From sequence record DRR723986_14832: 50,275 bases of DNA; one strand, 5' to 3'. Within the stretch, counting starts at the first letter, position 1; the number at the start of each line of letters is the position of its first letter. The notes beneath the pieces were generated by a model, which was given only the letters and a program-made list of their open reading frames with translations, was not told the origin of the DNA and made no database searches. The position numbers and the translations under genes were made by a program. Positions 28,537 through 39,042 of this stretch are shown one piece after another.

Positions 28537-31284
28537 ATGAAATCCTACCTCTGTCTATTCCTATTATTTTTAATTGCTGTACCCAAACTTTCAGCCCAAA
28601 CTTATTCGATAAAAGGAAGAGTAAAACAAGCTGGTACAGAAATCACAATTCCAAACGCCACCATTTTACTTCAAAATTTACCTGATTCCATTCAGGTAGA
28701 TGGAATGATTTCAGATTTGGATGGTGAGTTTGAGATTACAAATGTGAAGAATGGGGAATACTTGCTGAAGATTCAATATTTAGGCTACGAGAACCTTTAT
28801 AAGTCTATCAATGTCACTCAGGATATTGATATAGGTGTATTAGGCCTAAAGGAAGAAGCTACTGCATTGGATGAGGTGACGATCAGCGCTAGAAGATCCC
28901 AAGGAGAACAAAAAGGAGATACTACGCTTTTTAATGCTGATGCGTTCAAAACTATGAAAGACGCTAGTGCTCAGACATTAATTGAAAAACTCCCTGGTGT
29001 AATTTCACAAGATGGTTCCTTGCAAGCGCAGGGTGAGGCAATCACTCAAGTATTGGTGGATGGGAAGCCATTTTTTGGTGGAGATGTGACAACAGCACTG
29101 CAAAATCTTCCTGCAGAAGTAATCCAGGGAATTGAGATTTTTGATCAAAAAAGTGATAAAGCTCTTCTAAGTGGGTTTGATGATGGTGAACGTATGAAAA
29201 CCATTAACATTATCACTAAACCAAATCGTAGAAAAGGAATATTTGGAAAAACTACTGCAGGATATGGAACTGACGATCGTTATTTAGCAGGGGCAAGCGT
29301 TAATTCGTTTAACGAAGACCAGCGAATTACTATCACAGGACTTAGTAATAACATCAACGTCTTGGACTACTCCAGTGATGCAAATATTCAGAGCAACAAC
29401 CGTCCTCAAAATGGCATAGTCAATACCAATATCTTTGGAATTAACTATTCGGACAATTGGGGTGAAAAAATAAAAATCAGTGGTAGCTATCAATACAACA
29501 ACCGTAAAAACACGAATGAATCAAGTCTGATCAGAGAATATGTTACCAGTTCTAATTCTGGCCAAATCTATACAGAAGATAGTCGAGAAACCCGAACTAG
29601 ACAGGATCACCGCTTCGACATGAGATTGGAATATAACATCAACGAAAATAATAGAATCTTATATCGTCCTAGATTTTCAGCAAGTTTTGAAAAAGAAAAC
29701 TCTGGTTTTTTTGGGGAAAGTGTAAATGCTGAGGGGCCTCTTAACCAGACTGAAAATATTCGGTCAGCAGACAACGAAGATTATGACATGTTCCATAGAT
29801 TGTTTTACAGTCATAAATTCAATAAGGAAGGTAGGACAATAACCCTTAGTGCAAATACTGGTAGTCATGGGAACAATGATAACGCGTTGCGAACGGCTAC
29901 AAACATTTATTTTCAACCTGATGAGCGGACCGAAATTATCAATCAGAACATCACACGTGACCGCTCTGGCTACGATTGGGAAACAGGAATTTCTTATACC
30001 GAACCATTAGGAAAAAATGGTCAGATGGAGCTGGAATACGAAATCGGCAATAGATTTAACGATTCTGATCAATTGACTTTTGATATTTTGAATGATGATA
30101 TCAGTAACCCTAATTTAGAACTCGACACCGCTTTAAGTAATTCATTTGAAAGTAAATACCTTAGACATGAAGTTGAGCTTGGGTATCAATATCAATTGGA
30201 GAAATTGAAGTTTCAGGCAGAATTGGAATATCAGAATGCAAACCTTAAAAATGATCAACTATTCCCTGCCGTAGGAACAATAGATCGGACCTTCCAAAGC
30301 TTCATGCCTACCATCAGATTTGATTATACCATATCATCCACTACAAACTTTGAGATTGATTATGATACTGATGTGGATGCACCGTCGGTGGGTCAATTGC
30401 AAAACGTAATAGATAACTCTAATCCACTGCAATTACGAACAGGTAACCCAAACTTAGACCAGTCCTATTCCAATAGAATAAGGTTTAGATTTCGTAGCAA
30501 CAACCCAGAAAACGACCGTTCATGGTTTGTTTTTGCCCAGTATAATCTGACAGAAAACGCCGTTTCCAATAGTACATTTACAGCTGAGGAAGCTACTGAA
30601 TTGCCAGGCGGGATTATCCTGGAAAAAGGTTCTCAGCTTTTCAGGCCAGTAAATTTAGATGGGTATAAAGACTTTAGATCTTGGGTGAGTTATGGTATTC
30701 CCCTTGACTTCGTCAAGTCCAACTTTAATATCAACGGAGGATTTAGCAGCACGAAAAGGCCTGGAATGGTTAACAACCAAATAAGCTTCAATAACTCTCA
30801 AAGGATCAGTACAGGTATATCGCTAAGTAGTAATATTTCAGATCAGATAGACTTTAATATCTCCACACGTTTTTCCTTTAATAATGTGGAAAACACGCTA
30901 AACGAAAGCCTGAATAACGACTTCTACAACCAGCGCTCAAGGTTAAACTTAAGCTGGATTATTTGGGAGGGTTTTATCTACAGACTGGATGTAAACCATC
31001 AATTGAACTCCGGCCTCTCTGAAGGATTTGATGCGAATGTAGTATTGATGAATATGAGTTTAGGTAAAAAAGTTTTTGCTAACCAGCGCGGAGAAATTTC
31101 TTTAAATGCTTATGATATACTTGGACAAAACAGAAGTGTGTATAGAAATGTCACTGACGCATTTGTGGAAGATGGCCAAAACAATGTGATGCAACGCTAC
31201 TTCATGTTGTCCTTCACTTATAATATCCGCCATTTCAATAAAGGAACGGATATGGATGACTACAAAGAACTGTATAATAATTAA
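28537..31284 (+). CDS. TonB-dependent-like outer-membrane beta-barrel with an N-terminal carboxypeptidase-regulatory-like domain
   Basis: Signal peptide, LDEVTI, LIEKLPGV, LVDGKPFF, GNPNL and RYFMLSFTYN. Confidence 0.88.
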   Translation: MKSYLCLFLLFLIAVPKLSAQTYSIKGRVKQAGTEITIPNATILLQNLPDSIQVDGMISDLDGEFEITNVKNGEYLLKIQYLGYENLYKSINVTQDIDIGVLGLKEEATALDEVTISARRSQGEQKGDTTLFNADAFKTMKDASAQTLIEKLPGVISQDGSLQAQGEAITQVLVDGKPFFGGDVTTALQNLPAEVIQGIEIFDQKSDKALLSGFDDGERMKTINIITKPNRRKGIFGKTTAGYGTDDRYLAGASVNSFNEDQRITITGLSNNINVLDYSSDANIQSNNRPQNGIVNTNIFGINYSDNWGEKIKISGSYQYNNRKNTNESSLIREYVTSSNSGQIYTEDSRETRTRQDHRFDMRLEYNINENNRILYRPRFSASFEKENSGFFGESVNAEGPLNQTENIRSADNEDYDMFHRLFYSHKFNKEGRTITLSANTGSHGNNDNALRTATNIYFQPDERTEIINQNITRDRSGYDWETGISYTEPLGKNGQMELEYEIGNRFNDSDQLTFDILNDDISNPNLELDTALSNSFESKYLRHEVELGYQYQLEKLKFQAELEYQNANLKNDQLFPAVGTIDRTFQSFMPTIRFDYTISSTTNFEIDYDTDVDAPSVGQLQNVIDNSNPLQLRTGNPNLDQSYSNRIRFRFRSNNPENDRSWFVFAQYNLTENAVSNSTFTAEEATELPGGIILEKGSQLFRPVNLDGYKDFRSWVSYGIPLDFVKSNFNINGGFSSTKRPGMVNNQISFNNSQRISTGISLSSNISDQIDFNISTRFSFNNVENTLNESLNNDFYNQRSRLNLSWIIWEGFIYRLDVNHQLNSGLSEGFDANVVLMNMSLGKKVFANQRGEISLNAYDILGQNRSVYRNVTDAFVEDGQNNVMQRYFMLSFTYNIRHFNKGTDMDDYKELYNN

Positions 31285-31288
31285 TAGA

Positions 31289-31326
31289 AAGGCCTGATGG
31301 ATACAAATTCATCAGGCCTTCTTTTT
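31289..31326. terminator. Terminator between convergent genes
   Basis: AAGGCCTGATG-N10-CATCAGGCCTT followed by CTTTTT. Confidence 0.85.
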
Positions 31327-31331
31327 CTAAT

Positions 31332-31658
31332 TTACGCTAAAAGAGATTCACATTCCTCTATACAACTTCTGCAAGCCTCTGCGCATTGTCTACAACTGTC
31401 ATGTGTATGCTTTTCACACTCCCGGGCGCAATTATAACAAGCATCGGCACATTGCTGAAGATAAATAGCGGTATCGAGAGAACTTTTGTTTGTTGATGCA
31501 ATACAGTCTTTGCAGGCATCTATACATCGTTCGCAGTACTTGATACAATCTTGCATCCCAGGCCGATTACTACATGATTCAATACAGATAGTACAAGATT
31601 CTATACAGCTTTCAAATGTCACAATAGCATTGTTTTTAATCATCGTTACTGAGCTCAT
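31332..31658 (-). CDS. Four-helix-bundle copper-storage protein (Csp3/DUF326-like)
   Basis: 108 aa with 18 Cys in CxxxC/CxxC arrays, C.R.CEKH.H..C..CAEAC..C; no signal peptide. Confidence 0.9.
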   Translation of the reverse strand: MSSVTMIKNNAIVTFESCIESCTICIESCSNRPGMQDCIKYCERCIDACKDCIASTNKSSLDTAIYLQQCADACYNCARECEKHTHDSCRQCAEACRSCIEECESLLA

Positions 31659-31987
31659 AAGAATATATTTTTTGGTTTAAGAAATGAATTACCTAGGTCA
31701 CCTAATGGAAATCAAAGCTTAATTGAGTCCTAGATTCTTAGATAAATCATGTTGGTTTTATCCATTAGGAATTTCAAAAAACCTGCCATTTAAAAACAGC
31801 TCAAATAAGCTATTAACATAGATTTTTGAGTTAGGACCATTCACTATTATTCTTAATTGAGGTAGAATATTCTCAATTTGTTGAGTTGGGTAACATGAAA
31901 ATTCGTCCAATAAAAAGGAATCCCCGAAACTTTCTTGAATGAATTTCAATTTGCTTACTAACTATTAAGCAATCACCTATTTTGAAA

Positions 31988-32974
31988 ATGAACCTACCCT
32001 ATTCTATACTTGACCTTGCGATCATTCGAGAGGATTACGATGCCAAAGATGCCTACGAAAGAAGTTTACAAGTGGCTCAGAAAGCGGAGGAACTTGGCTA
32101 TACCCGCATGTGGCTCGCTGAGCATCACAACATGGCCAACGTCGGCAGCTCCTCTCCTCAGGTATTGATTGGCTATTTGGCAAATGGAACTTCAAAAATC
32201 CGTCTGGGATCCGGAGGAATTATGCTTCCCAATCACAGCCCACTGATTATTGCCGAGCAGTTTGGTACACTAGCGACACTTTATCCTAACCGAATTGATC
32301 TAGGACTTGGAAGAGCTCCAGGAACCGATCAGACGACAGCGACAGCTTTGCGAAGAGGGCGACATGAGTCTGTGCAGGAATTCCCAAACGACCTGGATGA
32401 TTTGAGACGCTATTTTTCAGAGGAAAATATAGATTCGAAAGTTCGAGCCTTTCCCGCAGAAGGAATAGACGTTCCTATTTATCTCTTGGGCTCAAGTATG
32501 AGCAGTGCAGTATTAGCTTCGCAAAAAGGATTACCCTACGCATTTGCAAGCCACTTCGCACCAGGCTACCTAATCAACGCGTCAAAATACTATAGAGAAA
32601 ACTTCCAGCCCTCTGAGTCCTCTCAGAAGCCCTATTTCATTTCTTGTGTAAATGTAATCGCTGCGGATACTGACGAGGAAGCTCACTACTTGGCCACTTC
32701 GTTTTATCAAACTGCTTTGGGAATTATCCGAGGAAAATCATATCCTATGAAAAAGCCTGTGAAAAGTATGGAAGGAATCTGGTCAGAACCAGAAGCTGCT
32801 GCAATTCAGAATATGATGGCTTGTACTTTTATTGGAACAAAAGAATCCCTCAAACCACAATTTGAAAGCTTCTTCAAACAAGTGGAAGTCGATGAGTTGA
32901 TGGTGTCTACCAACATCTACGAGCCCGCAAAAAGGTTAAGATCATTGGAAATCACTGCAGAAGTTTTAGGATAA
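31988..32974 (+). CDS. LLM-class flavin-dependent oxidoreductase (luciferase-like)
   Basis: [34 protein letters not shown] and FASHFAP. Confidence 0.93.
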   Translation: MNLPYSILDLAIIREDYDAKDAYERSLQVAQKAEELGYTRMWLAEHHNMANVGSSSPQVLIGYLANGTSKIRLGSGGIMLPNHSPLIIAEQFGTLATLYPNRIDLGLGRAPGTDQTTATALRRGRHESVQEFPNDLDDLRRYFSEENIDSKVRAFPAEGIDVPIYLLGSSMSSAVLASQKGLPYAFASHFAPGYLINASKYYRENFQPSESSQKPYFISCVNVIAADTDEEAHYLATSFYQTALGIIRGKSYPMKKPVKSMEGIWSEPEAAAIQNMMACTFIGTKESLKPQFESFFKQVEVDELMVSTNIYEPAKRLRSLEITAEVLG

Positions 32975-33005
32975 AATAAAAGGGGATCGAATCCCCTTTT
33001 ATTTT
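32973..33005. terminator. Bidirectional terminator
   Basis: AAAATAAAAGGGGAT-cga-ATCCCCTTTTATTTT between convergent genes. Confidence 0.9.
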
Positions 33006-35423
33006 TTATTCATCTGCTAAACTATCGACTGGATTTCCTAAAGCTGCTTTTACAGATCGGTAACCAACTGTAGTGGCAGTGATCAAAAGTGAAACTGCAA
33101 TGACCAACACATAGAGGCCTAAAGGAACAGATGTCTGATAGGCGAAATTTTGCAGCCATTGATTTGTGAAGTAATAGCCAAGGGGAACTGCTATCGCAAA
33201 TGCTATGAAAACAAGTAAAATGAATTCCTTCGAAAGCAAGAAAGTTATTTGCGGAATAGAAGCACCAAGCACTTTTCTGATTCCTATTTCCTTTAGCTTC
33301 TGACCCACCATAAATGAGATCAAACCATATAATCCAATAGAGGAAATTATGATTGAAAGTACTGCAAAGACTTTATAAACCAGCGCCAATTGATTTTCCC
33401 TCTGGTAGAAATTCGCAATAGTTTCATCTAGAAATTTCCCCGAATAGATCGCGTCTGGATAGATAGCCTTGAACTCATTTTCAATACTCGTGAGCGTTTC
33501 TTTACCTGCATTTTTATCTAGTTTCAATCCTACAACTTCATATTGAGATTTTTCTGTGGCAATGATAAAAGGTTTGATTTCCTCTCTCAGGGAGTTTTGT
33601 GCAAAGTCCTTAACCACGCCGGTAATCGTCATCCAAGGTCCACTTCCACCGATAGTGATCGTCTTGCCAACTGCATCTTGAGGATTCGTTAGATTGAGCT
33701 TCTTAGCCATGGTTTCATTAATTACTGCCTCCTTTAGGGTATCGCTTTCTGCAAAACCATTACCCGCTAAAAACTGTAAACCAAAATTCTCGAAATAATC
33801 AGCATCTCCATACTTCAGGAAAGTCATGAATTGCACATCTTCTCTTTTTCCATCAAACCAAAAATTGGAAGCCCAGTTATTATTAGAGGAAGGAACATCA
33901 CTTGAAATAGTGACACTTTTGATTTGAGAATTCGACTCCAAACGCTGCTTCAGCACATCCAACCTACCGTCTTTTGACTCCTCTGAAGGTAGGTCAAAGT
34001 AGTAAACAGCTTCCTTCGAAAAACCTAAATCAGCATCCTGAATCTCTGTCATTTGCTTGACTGCGATCACCGTCGCAATCATCAGCACCTGAGCAATCAC
34101 AAATTGCAATACGACTAAACTCCTTCGTAATGAAACCCCGCCTATTTGAGCCACTTGAATCTTGTTTTTCAATGCCTGAATTGGCTGAAAACCGGAAAGA
34201 ATCAATGCTGGGTATAGTCCTGAAAGAAAAGTGACACCCAAAATTATTGCCGTAGAAAACAAAAGAAATGTAGGAGTAATCAATTGAATAGACTCAGGCA
34301 CTTCGGCTACTTTGCTGAGAAAAGGAAGCAAAATCGTCGCTGCCAGCGTAGAAATGACAGCCGAAATAAATACAACCATAAATGTTTCTCCAAAAGATTG
34401 TCCAATCACCTGCAACCTACTTCCTCCCATTACTTTCCTGATTCCAACTTCCTTACTTTTCCCTATTGCCTGTGCAGTAGATAGATTAACAAAGTTGATA
34501 GAAGCCATGATTAGAATAAAAACACCAATCAATCCAAGCGTATAAATTGTCTCTTTTCTAATCATATCGCCACTGATAGGGTCAAATCGAGTATCGAAGT
34601 GAATATCTCCCATCGCTTGTAGGAAAAAAGATTTCTTTGAAGTCCCGCGATCCTTGTAGTTCTTTTCTGCGAAAGCAAGTAATTGTTCGTTTACCTGCTC
34701 TGCAGACTCAGACTGTGGAATCTTCAAATACAGTTGGAAATTACTTCCAAAACTTCCCCACTCATCAAAGTAAATATTAAAAACCTCCTCGTTACTTTGT
34801 AGCGTTTGATACGAGGCAAGCATGTTAAACTTGAAATTGCTATTGTCAGGAATATCCGCCACAATACCTCCAACGCTTGCCTCCACGTTCTTGGATAAAA
34901 GAATAGACTTTCCAAAAGCATTTTCCCAGGTCCCAAAAAGTTTCTTCGCTTCAGTTTCTGTCAGGACCACTTGCCCAGGCTGATCTAAGGCTTTAAGATC
35001 ACCCGCTAAAACTTTCACATCGAAAAGCGACGAATAGTTACTAGTGGTGAAGAATGCATCCTCCACCATAAAATTATTCTCTCCATTGCTAGTGACTGCA
35101 TTGTCAATGGTGACAAATACATAGGAAGTCATTACTGGGACAACATTGTCAACGCCTGATAAGTCATTTTTCAATGCTTCGGGCATAGGTGGAGAAACAC
35201 CAGGAGTATAACTAATACCATCTTGATAATCATCCTGAGTAACCACACGGTATACCCGATCAGAGTTGGATTGAAAATTATCGTAGCTGAGTTCGTAGCT
35301 AACGACTGTGAAAAGCAAAAAAGCAGCTGTAATTCCCAGCGTCAATCCAAAGATGTTGATCAAGGTCACACGCTTACCTTTTACAAGGTTACGCCAAGCG
35401 ATTTTAGAGTAAATTTTCCACAT
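33006..35423 (-). CDS. ABC transporter permease, MacB/FtsX family (duplicated)
   Basis: IAWRNL..INIFGL, two KE(V/I)GIRKV(M/L)G motifs and NPVDSLADE. Confidence 0.93.
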   Translation of the reverse strand: MWKIYSKIAWRNLVKGKRVTLINIFGLTLGITAAFLLFTVVSYELSYDNFQSNSDRVYRVVTQDDYQDGISYTPGVSPPMPEALKNDLSGVDNVVPVMTSYVFVTIDNAVTSNGENNFMVEDAFFTTSNYSSLFDVKVLAGDLKALDQPGQVVLTETEAKKLFGTWENAFGKSILLSKNVEASVGGIVADIPDNSNFKFNMLASYQTLQSNEEVFNIYFDEWGSFGSNFQLYLKIPQSESAEQVNEQLLAFAEKNYKDRGTSKKSFFLQAMGDIHFDTRFDPISGDMIRKETIYTLGLIGVFILIMASINFVNLSTAQAIGKSKEVGIRKVMGGSRLQVIGQSFGETFMVVFISAVISTLAATILLPFLSKVAEVPESIQLITPTFLLFSTAIILGVTFLSGLYPALILSGFQPIQALKNKIQVAQIGGVSLRRSLVVLQFVIAQVLMIATVIAVKQMTEIQDADLGFSKEAVYYFDLPSEESKDGRLDVLKQRLESNSQIKSVTISSDVPSSNNNWASNFWFDGKREDVQFMTFLKYGDADYFENFGLQFLAGNGFAESDTLKEAVINETMAKKLNLTNPQDAVGKTITIGGSGPWMTITGVVKDFAQNSLREEIKPFIIATEKSQYEVVGLKLDKNAGKETLTSIENEFKAIYPDAIYSGKFLDETIANFYQRENQLALVYKVFAVLSIIISSIGLYGLISFMVGQKLKEIGIRKVLGASIPQITFLLSKEFILLVFIAFAIAVPLGYYFTNQWLQNFAYQTSVPLGLYVLVIAVSLLITATTVGYRSVKAALGNPVDSLADE

Positions 35424-35472
35424 AGTTTAAATGTTATAAATTCTGAAAAAGCAGGAGAATCAACTATCCGCC

Positions 35473-35496
35473 GACGTGAGTGTCCCCACTCACGTC
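35473..35496. repeat. GC-rich perfect hairpin (REP-like)
   Basis: GACGTGAGTG-tccc-CACTCACGTC. Confidence 0.65.
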
Positions 35497-35702
35497 ATAT
35501 AAGAATAGTAAGAATCCCTTGAGCGAAGATTAAACCAGAAAAAAAGTAGCTCAAAAAGCTCTAAACAATGATTTTGAAATATCACGCCCAAATATCCCGA
35601 ACAATTTTGTTCGCTTTCGGGCGAAGATGAATTTTTTCAAATCAGTAAAAAGTGCCGAATTGAATCGACAATTATCTCCTGATTTTGGCTTTTATATTCG
35701 AC

Positions 35703-35734
35703 AAAAAACCCAAAGAATTAAGTCTTTGGGTTTT
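35703..35734 (-). terminator. Terminator of tex
   Basis: AAAACCCAAAGA-N6-TCTTTGGGTTTT, with T6 on the minus strand. Confidence 0.85.
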
Positions 35735-35797
35735 ATTTTAAAAATACTTCTGCGCCTTCTCTGCGCTTCCTCAGTGCGCTTTGCGGTTATAGAAACA

Positions 35798-38044
35798 TCA
35801 TCCTCCAAACTTGCCTTTCAATGCAGCCAGTTTATCAGCCATTGATCCTTCTGGTTCTTTTCTCTCTGGTTTAGAAGCTGGTCTTTTCTCCATCTTTTTC
35901 CCTCGTTCCGCAAATGGATCTGATTTCATACTCAGCCCAACTCGCTTTCTAGGAATATCAACTTCCATCACAGTCACTTGCACTTTTTGATTGACAGAAA
36001 CAATCTCATTCGGGTCTTTCACAAAGCGATCAGCCAGATGACTCAAATGAACCAATCCATCCTGATGAACTCCCACATCCACAAAAGCCCCAAAAGCCGT
36101 AATATTAGTCACTACGCCGGGTAGCTTCATTCCTACCTTAAGGTCAGACATGCTATTCACTGATTCCTCAAAAGCAAAAACCTCGAAGGTCTCACGAGGA
36201 TCTCTTCCCGGCTTTGCAAGTTCCTCCAAAATATCCTGAAGCGTAGGAAGACCAACCGTTTCAGAAACGTAATTCTTTAGGGAAATCCGATTTCTCAAAT
36301 CCTCCGAATTCATCAAATCTGACACCGAGGAATTCACATCTTTAGCCATTTGCTCCACCAAAGCATAGCGCTCTGGGTGAACTGCGGAAGAATCCAGCGG
36401 ATGCTTTGCCTTGCTTATTCTCAAGAATCCAGCTGCCTGCTCAAATGCTTTCTCTCCCAATCTTGGCACTTTCTTTAATTGAGCGCGACTTTTGAATGGC
36501 CCATTCTCATTTCTGAATTCAACAATATTTTGAGCCAAAGTTGGCCCCAAGCCAGAAACGTAGGTCAAGAGTTGTTTGGAAGCAAGATTCACTTCCACTC
36601 CTACTCCGTTTACAGCAGACATCACAGTATCATCCAAGGCATTCTTCAATGCATTCTGATCTACATCATGCTGGTATTGACCTACTCCAATTGACTTCGG
36701 ATCGATCTTCACCAGTTCAGCTAGCGGATCCATCAATCGCCTACCGATTGAAACTGCTCCTCTGACAGTCAAATCCAGATCTGGAAATTCCTCACGCGCT
36801 ACATCTGAAGCAGAGTAAATGGATGCTCCTGATTCGTTCACCATCGTTACGATCACCGATTTTGGAAGACCCAGACCTTTTATAAAAGCTTCTGTCTCAC
36901 GCCCAGCAGTTCCATTTCCAATAGCAATTGCTTCAATCCCAAATTTCTCCACCAATCCTTTTACGTTCATCGCAGCCTCCTGACTTCTGCGATTGGCTTC
37001 ATGAGGAAAAATAGCTTCATAGTGCAGGAATTGGCCTTGGGGTCCTAGGCAAACTAACTTGCAACCTGTTCGGAAACCTGGGTCAATTGCCATCACTGAC
37101 TTTTCGCCCAAAGGTGCTCCTAGAAGCAACTGACGAAGATTCTCAGTAAATACTTTGATTGCTTCCTCGTCGGCTTTTTTCTTGGTAAGCAATCGAATTT
37201 CAGTTTCCATGCTTGGCTTAAGCAATCTCCTGTAGCAATCTTTGATCGCAAGCTTTACCTGATCCACAGAAGAATTGGAAGCGTCCTCTAAAATCATCTT
37301 TTCCATCTGATAGATAGCAGAAGCCTCTTCAGGAACAGAATCCAACATTAAAAACAATTCTTTCTCTCCTCTTCTCATCGCCAAAACGCGGTGAGATGGA
37401 GCCGATTTTATGGGCTCAGACCATTCGAAATAGTCCTTGTATTTTATAGCTTCCTGTTCTTTGCCCGGTAAAACTCTGGAAGAAAAAATACCTTCATTCA
37501 AAAATAGCTTTCGCATCTTTTCTCTCAATTCAGCCTTCTCATTAATCCATTCAGCTATAATATCCCGAGCACCTTGAAGAGCTTCTTCGGAAGAATTCAC
37601 TTCTTTGGCTGCATCCACAAACTTCTCTGCTTCAGCATCCAGATCAATAGATTTTTGCTCAAAAATCTGCTCAGCAAGTGGCTCCAAGCCCTTTTCTCTG
37701 GCAATGGTTGCCTTTGTTCTACGCTTAGGCTTATAAGGCAAATAGATATCTTCTAGCTTTGACATAGTCTCCGCTGCATCCACTTTACTTTTCAATTCAG
37801 GAGTTAATTTTCCTTGCTCCTCGATTGACTTGAGCACAGCCTCTTTTCGCTTTGCCAGCTCTCTCAACTGTAATACCCGGTCACGAATAGCAGCTACTTG
37901 CACTTCATCCAGTTCACCAGTTGCTTCTTTTCTATATCGGGAAATAAATGGAACCGTTCCGCCCTCGTCCAGTAACTGCACCGTGGCATTTACTTGATGT
38001 GGTTTGATTTGTAGTTCTGTGGCTATTTGTACTTCGTAATTCAT
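35798..38044 (-). CDS. tex: Tex family RNA-binding transcriptional accessory protein
   Basis: TVPFISRYRKEATG, EDIYLPYKPKRRT, DPGFRTGCK, IGVGQYQHD and a C-terminal S1 domain. Confidence 0.96.
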   Translation of the reverse strand: MNYEVQIATELQIKPHQVNATVQLLDEGGTVPFISRYRKEATGELDEVQVAAIRDRVLQLRELAKRKEAVLKSIEEQGKLTPELKSKVDAAETMSKLEDIYLPYKPKRRTKATIAREKGLEPLAEQIFEQKSIDLDAEAEKFVDAAKEVNSSEEALQGARDIIAEWINEKAELREKMRKLFLNEGIFSSRVLPGKEQEAIKYKDYFEWSEPIKSAPSHRVLAMRRGEKELFLMLDSVPEEASAIYQMEKMILEDASNSSVDQVKLAIKDCYRRLLKPSMETEIRLLTKKKADEEAIKVFTENLRQLLLGAPLGEKSVMAIDPGFRTGCKLVCLGPQGQFLHYEAIFPHEANRRSQEAAMNVKGLVEKFGIEAIAIGNGTAGRETEAFIKGLGLPKSVIVTMVNESGASIYSASDVAREEFPDLDLTVRGAVSIGRRLMDPLAELVKIDPKSIGVGQYQHDVDQNALKNALDDTVMSAVNGVGVEVNLASKQLLTYVSGLGPTLAQNIVEFRNENGPFKSRAQLKKVPRLGEKAFEQAAGFLRISKAKHPLDSSAVHPERYALVEQMAKDVNSSVSDLMNSEDLRNRISLKNYVSETVGLPTLQDILEELAKPGRDPRETFEVFAFEESVNSMSDLKVGMKLPGVVTNITAFGAFVDVGVHQDGLVHLSHLADRFVKDPNEIVSVNQKVQVTVMEVDIPRKRVGLSMKSDPFAERGKKMEKRPASKPERKEPEGSMADKLAALKGKFGG

Positions 38045-38142
38045 AATGGATGGAATCAAATCTAGCTTCGAAGGTAAGGCATTAGAATGGGTCGGAATGA
38101 ATCAAAAAGTCAAAATCTGTGAGGATAGTTACTAAGGGATTG

Positions 38143-38306
38143 ATTTTAAGATTGTAAAATTGGAAGATTTTAAAATTGAAAAATTTCGTCAAATCGAGTG
38201 GTTCTACCGTAAATCGTATTTCGTACTTCGCAAAATCATTGTTAATTAAAACTTAAAAGAGTTAAATGTGCTTCCTCTTTGGACTTGGTACATTGGACTT
38301 TGGACT
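38143..38306. repeat. Three short periodic arrays (8-mer x5, 7-mer x4, 7-mer x4)
   Basis: ATT(T/G)NAA(A/G) x5 at 38143-38182; ACCGTAA ATCGTAT TTCGTAC TTCGCAA at 38206-38233; CTTTGGA CTTGGTA CATTGGA CTTTGGA at 38277-38304. Confidence 0.75.
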
Positions 38307-38312
38307 CAAAAA

Positions 38313-38894
38313 ATGGATTGGAAAAAAGAAATTAAAAGCTGGGGCATCATGCTCAGCGTAGTTGCATTTTTATATTTCACAGGGCTTTTGCCAGTGATTA
38401 TGGGCGGAATACAATCAGTCATGCTTTCTACAGGCTTGATCAAACCAAAACTGGAAATTCCAGACCTCACCGATAAGCAATTCGACTATCGAGGTAAATT
38501 CCTCACGTTTGATGGGCAGCAAATTGATTTGGAAAGCTACCGAGGCAAAACCTTGTTCATAAATCTTTGGGCTTCTTGGTGTGGGCCTTGTCGTGCCGAA
38601 ATGCCCCATATTTCCGAATTATATAAATCAGTACAGGAAGAGCCCGACTTAGAATTTCTCATGATTGGGATTGACAATAACATAGAGAAAAGTCGTGATT
38701 TTATAGAAGGTAAAAGCTGGACATTTCCTACCGCTCATGCTAGTTTTGGTTTAAATCAAAGCCTGCAAAGCCAATCTATCCCAACTACTTTGGTAATAAA
38801 CCCTGAAGGAAAGATCGTTTTCTACCAGGAAGGAATGAGTAATTTTAACACTGACGAGTTTCGGGAATTTTTATTGGGACAGGCCAAGCTTTAA
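38313..38894 (+). CDS. TlpA-family thiol:disulfide reductase
   Basis: N-terminal TM, NLWASWCGPCRAEMP and SIPTT; ATG at 38313. Confidence 0.93.
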   Translation: MDWKKEIKSWGIMLSVVAFLYFTGLLPVIMGGIQSVMLSTGLIKPKLEIPDLTDKQFDYRGKFLTFDGQQIDLESYRGKTLFINLWASWCGPCRAEMPHISELYKSVQEEPDLEFLMIGIDNNIEKSRDFIEGKSWTFPTAHASFGLNQSLQSQSIPTTLVINPEGKIVFYQEGMSNFNTDEFREFLLGQAKL

Positions 38895-39042
38895 GTAAAA
38901 AAGTCTCGTTATTGGGGTAATTAAAAGCAGGAATTTGAGCAAAAACCAGGTACTATTCGTCAGGCTCTTAATAATTACTCTCTTCAATAGTTTGGAATTT
39001 ACTTTATTGAAAAGAATTAATTTTAGAGTTACGTTGCTCTTG

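Noticed and set aside
31758-31949. 63-aa ORF in the Csp-LLM intergenic region
   Set aside because: TTG start, no recognisable motif, and it lies in an AT-rich divergent promoter region.
35627-35845. 72-aa plus-strand ORF
   Set aside because: It spans a terminator and the TGCG repeats and overlaps the tex end antisense; no protein features.
38268-38312. N-terminal extension MLPLWTWYIGLWTQK of TlpA
   Set aside because: It is a translation of the CTTTGGA array; the ATG at 38313 is the better start.
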